Of a stretch of 64,000 bases of DNA, positions 62,889-64,000 are shown piece after piece (within the stretch, counting starts at the first letter, position 1; the number at the start of each line of letters is the position of its first letter). The DNA comes from Takakia lepidozioides (taxonomy: Eukaryota; Plantae; Bryophyta). Under the pieces are notes generated by a model. That model did no database searches. It saw nothing but the letters and a program-made list of their open reading frames with translations, and had not been told where the DNA came from. The DNA lies in NCBI GenBank assembly GCA_030704615.1, contig CM060732.1, forward strand, positions 72,540,001 to 72,604,000. Direction: 5' to 3'. Position numbers and translations under genes: made by a program.

Positions 62889-64000
62889 GTCCATGTCGGG
62901 TTTCAAATCTTCATCTGATTTTTGTTACGTCTCTTGCTTCTTGGTTGAACGGTGTTGTGTTTGTCTTCGCATCCTACTTTCTTTGTGGGATTGTTGGTTA
63001 TGGAAACCATGGTTGATGGTTTAGGGTGTCAGATAGTGCGTCAAGGAGGGAGTCTGGTGAGTGTAAGTTTGTAGGGTTTGCTACCAATGTGAAGAATGAG
63101 TTTTTGTTCTCTCTTCAGTACTTTGATGCATGTGACCTGCGAATCAGTAGTGTTGTTCAAACCTTTACGATTTCTTGAGTACCATCTTCAGAGGATATAA
63201 AGCTCTCGCCGAAATTGTGCGCATGTTTTGAGCTGTTAACAGTTTTATGTAGAATCTCAGGGGATTGCAGCCCAGCTCCCCCGATCAACATAGTGCATTA
63301 TAAGGCCTCCTTCTGTTAAATGTTATGGTTTTGATACTCTATAAAAAAATACACTACCATGTCAAGAGTGTTAAATGGTTATTTGTTATGACATCCTACT
63401 CTTCATAGTGTTAATGCACCTCCATAGTAGTTAGATTCCATAAAGACATACCCTCAAAATAGAGCATCCATTATGCCTTTCCTTGTTCCCCTGAAGTTAC
63501 GAATTGGAAAGCGACGGCTCTCGTTAAGGGCCGCAACGCCGCAATGGTGAGTTATGAGATAGAACATAGAAGAACACTGATTGGTTATTCTATAGGTAAA
63601 GAGCACCATCATCGGCTTTTGAGCATGTAGATGGTAATCAGCATGTCAGCCACCATGTGCAGCCATTTTCAGTTGCAGAAAATTAGCTGCGATTACAACA
63701 GCCCATCAATAACGTGCCTTCAAGTTGTTATTTTAAATTGAGGTGCAAGCACCGAAGCCACTCATTCATAGCACACTGATCTGTTTGTGATGACTTCTTC
63801 TATGATATGCAAATACTACGAGCTTATGTCTCTTGAGGAGAGGGCACACTCATGCTTTCATTGTTATTGCAGGGACTGTTTTGTGTTGAGATGGATGGAT
63901 AATCCGCATAAGTGTAAATTACAGTTGAGATCTAGCATAGGCTTAGATTTTGCAGTAAGGACCAGAAGATTGAGGTGCATGTGCTACAAGAAGTACAGAA

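Overview
Eukaryotic, non-seed-plant-like (probably bryophyte) nuclear DNA. Evidence: GT-AG introns, TTTAGGG-type telomeric repeats, a plastid-type SufD and a PLS-type PPR relic. The first ~10 kb holds two intact conserved genes (lipid phosphate phosphatase gamma / dolichyl-diphosphatase on +, 5-exon SufD/ABCI7 on -) and a small WWE-only ORF. The remaining ~54 kb is a nest of mobile DNA. (1) A decayed multi-exon minus-strand gene (~14.6-40.2 kb) with three tandem FCP1/NIF-type HAD domains, an upstream Pol II CTD-like Y..SP repeat and a thrice-repeated 24-bp hairpin. (2) A 14.1-kb CACTA element inserted into it (19-bp TIRs, TTC TSD), carrying its own NIF domain, a LINE fragment and two RPL27 fragments. 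(3) Ty3/gypsy pieces, including a solo LTR inside a gag of the same family. (4) A pseudogene with an N4/N6 DNA-methyltransferase-like SAM-binding half next to a GGCGCC-palindrome array. (5) A Penelope-like element with a minimal hammerhead ribozyme and telomeric repeats, fused to a copy of the 3' end of (6) a Crinkler-type REase+kinase gene. All calls come from reading the sequence by eye; no database searches were run. Many frameshifts could be decay or long-read consensus errors.
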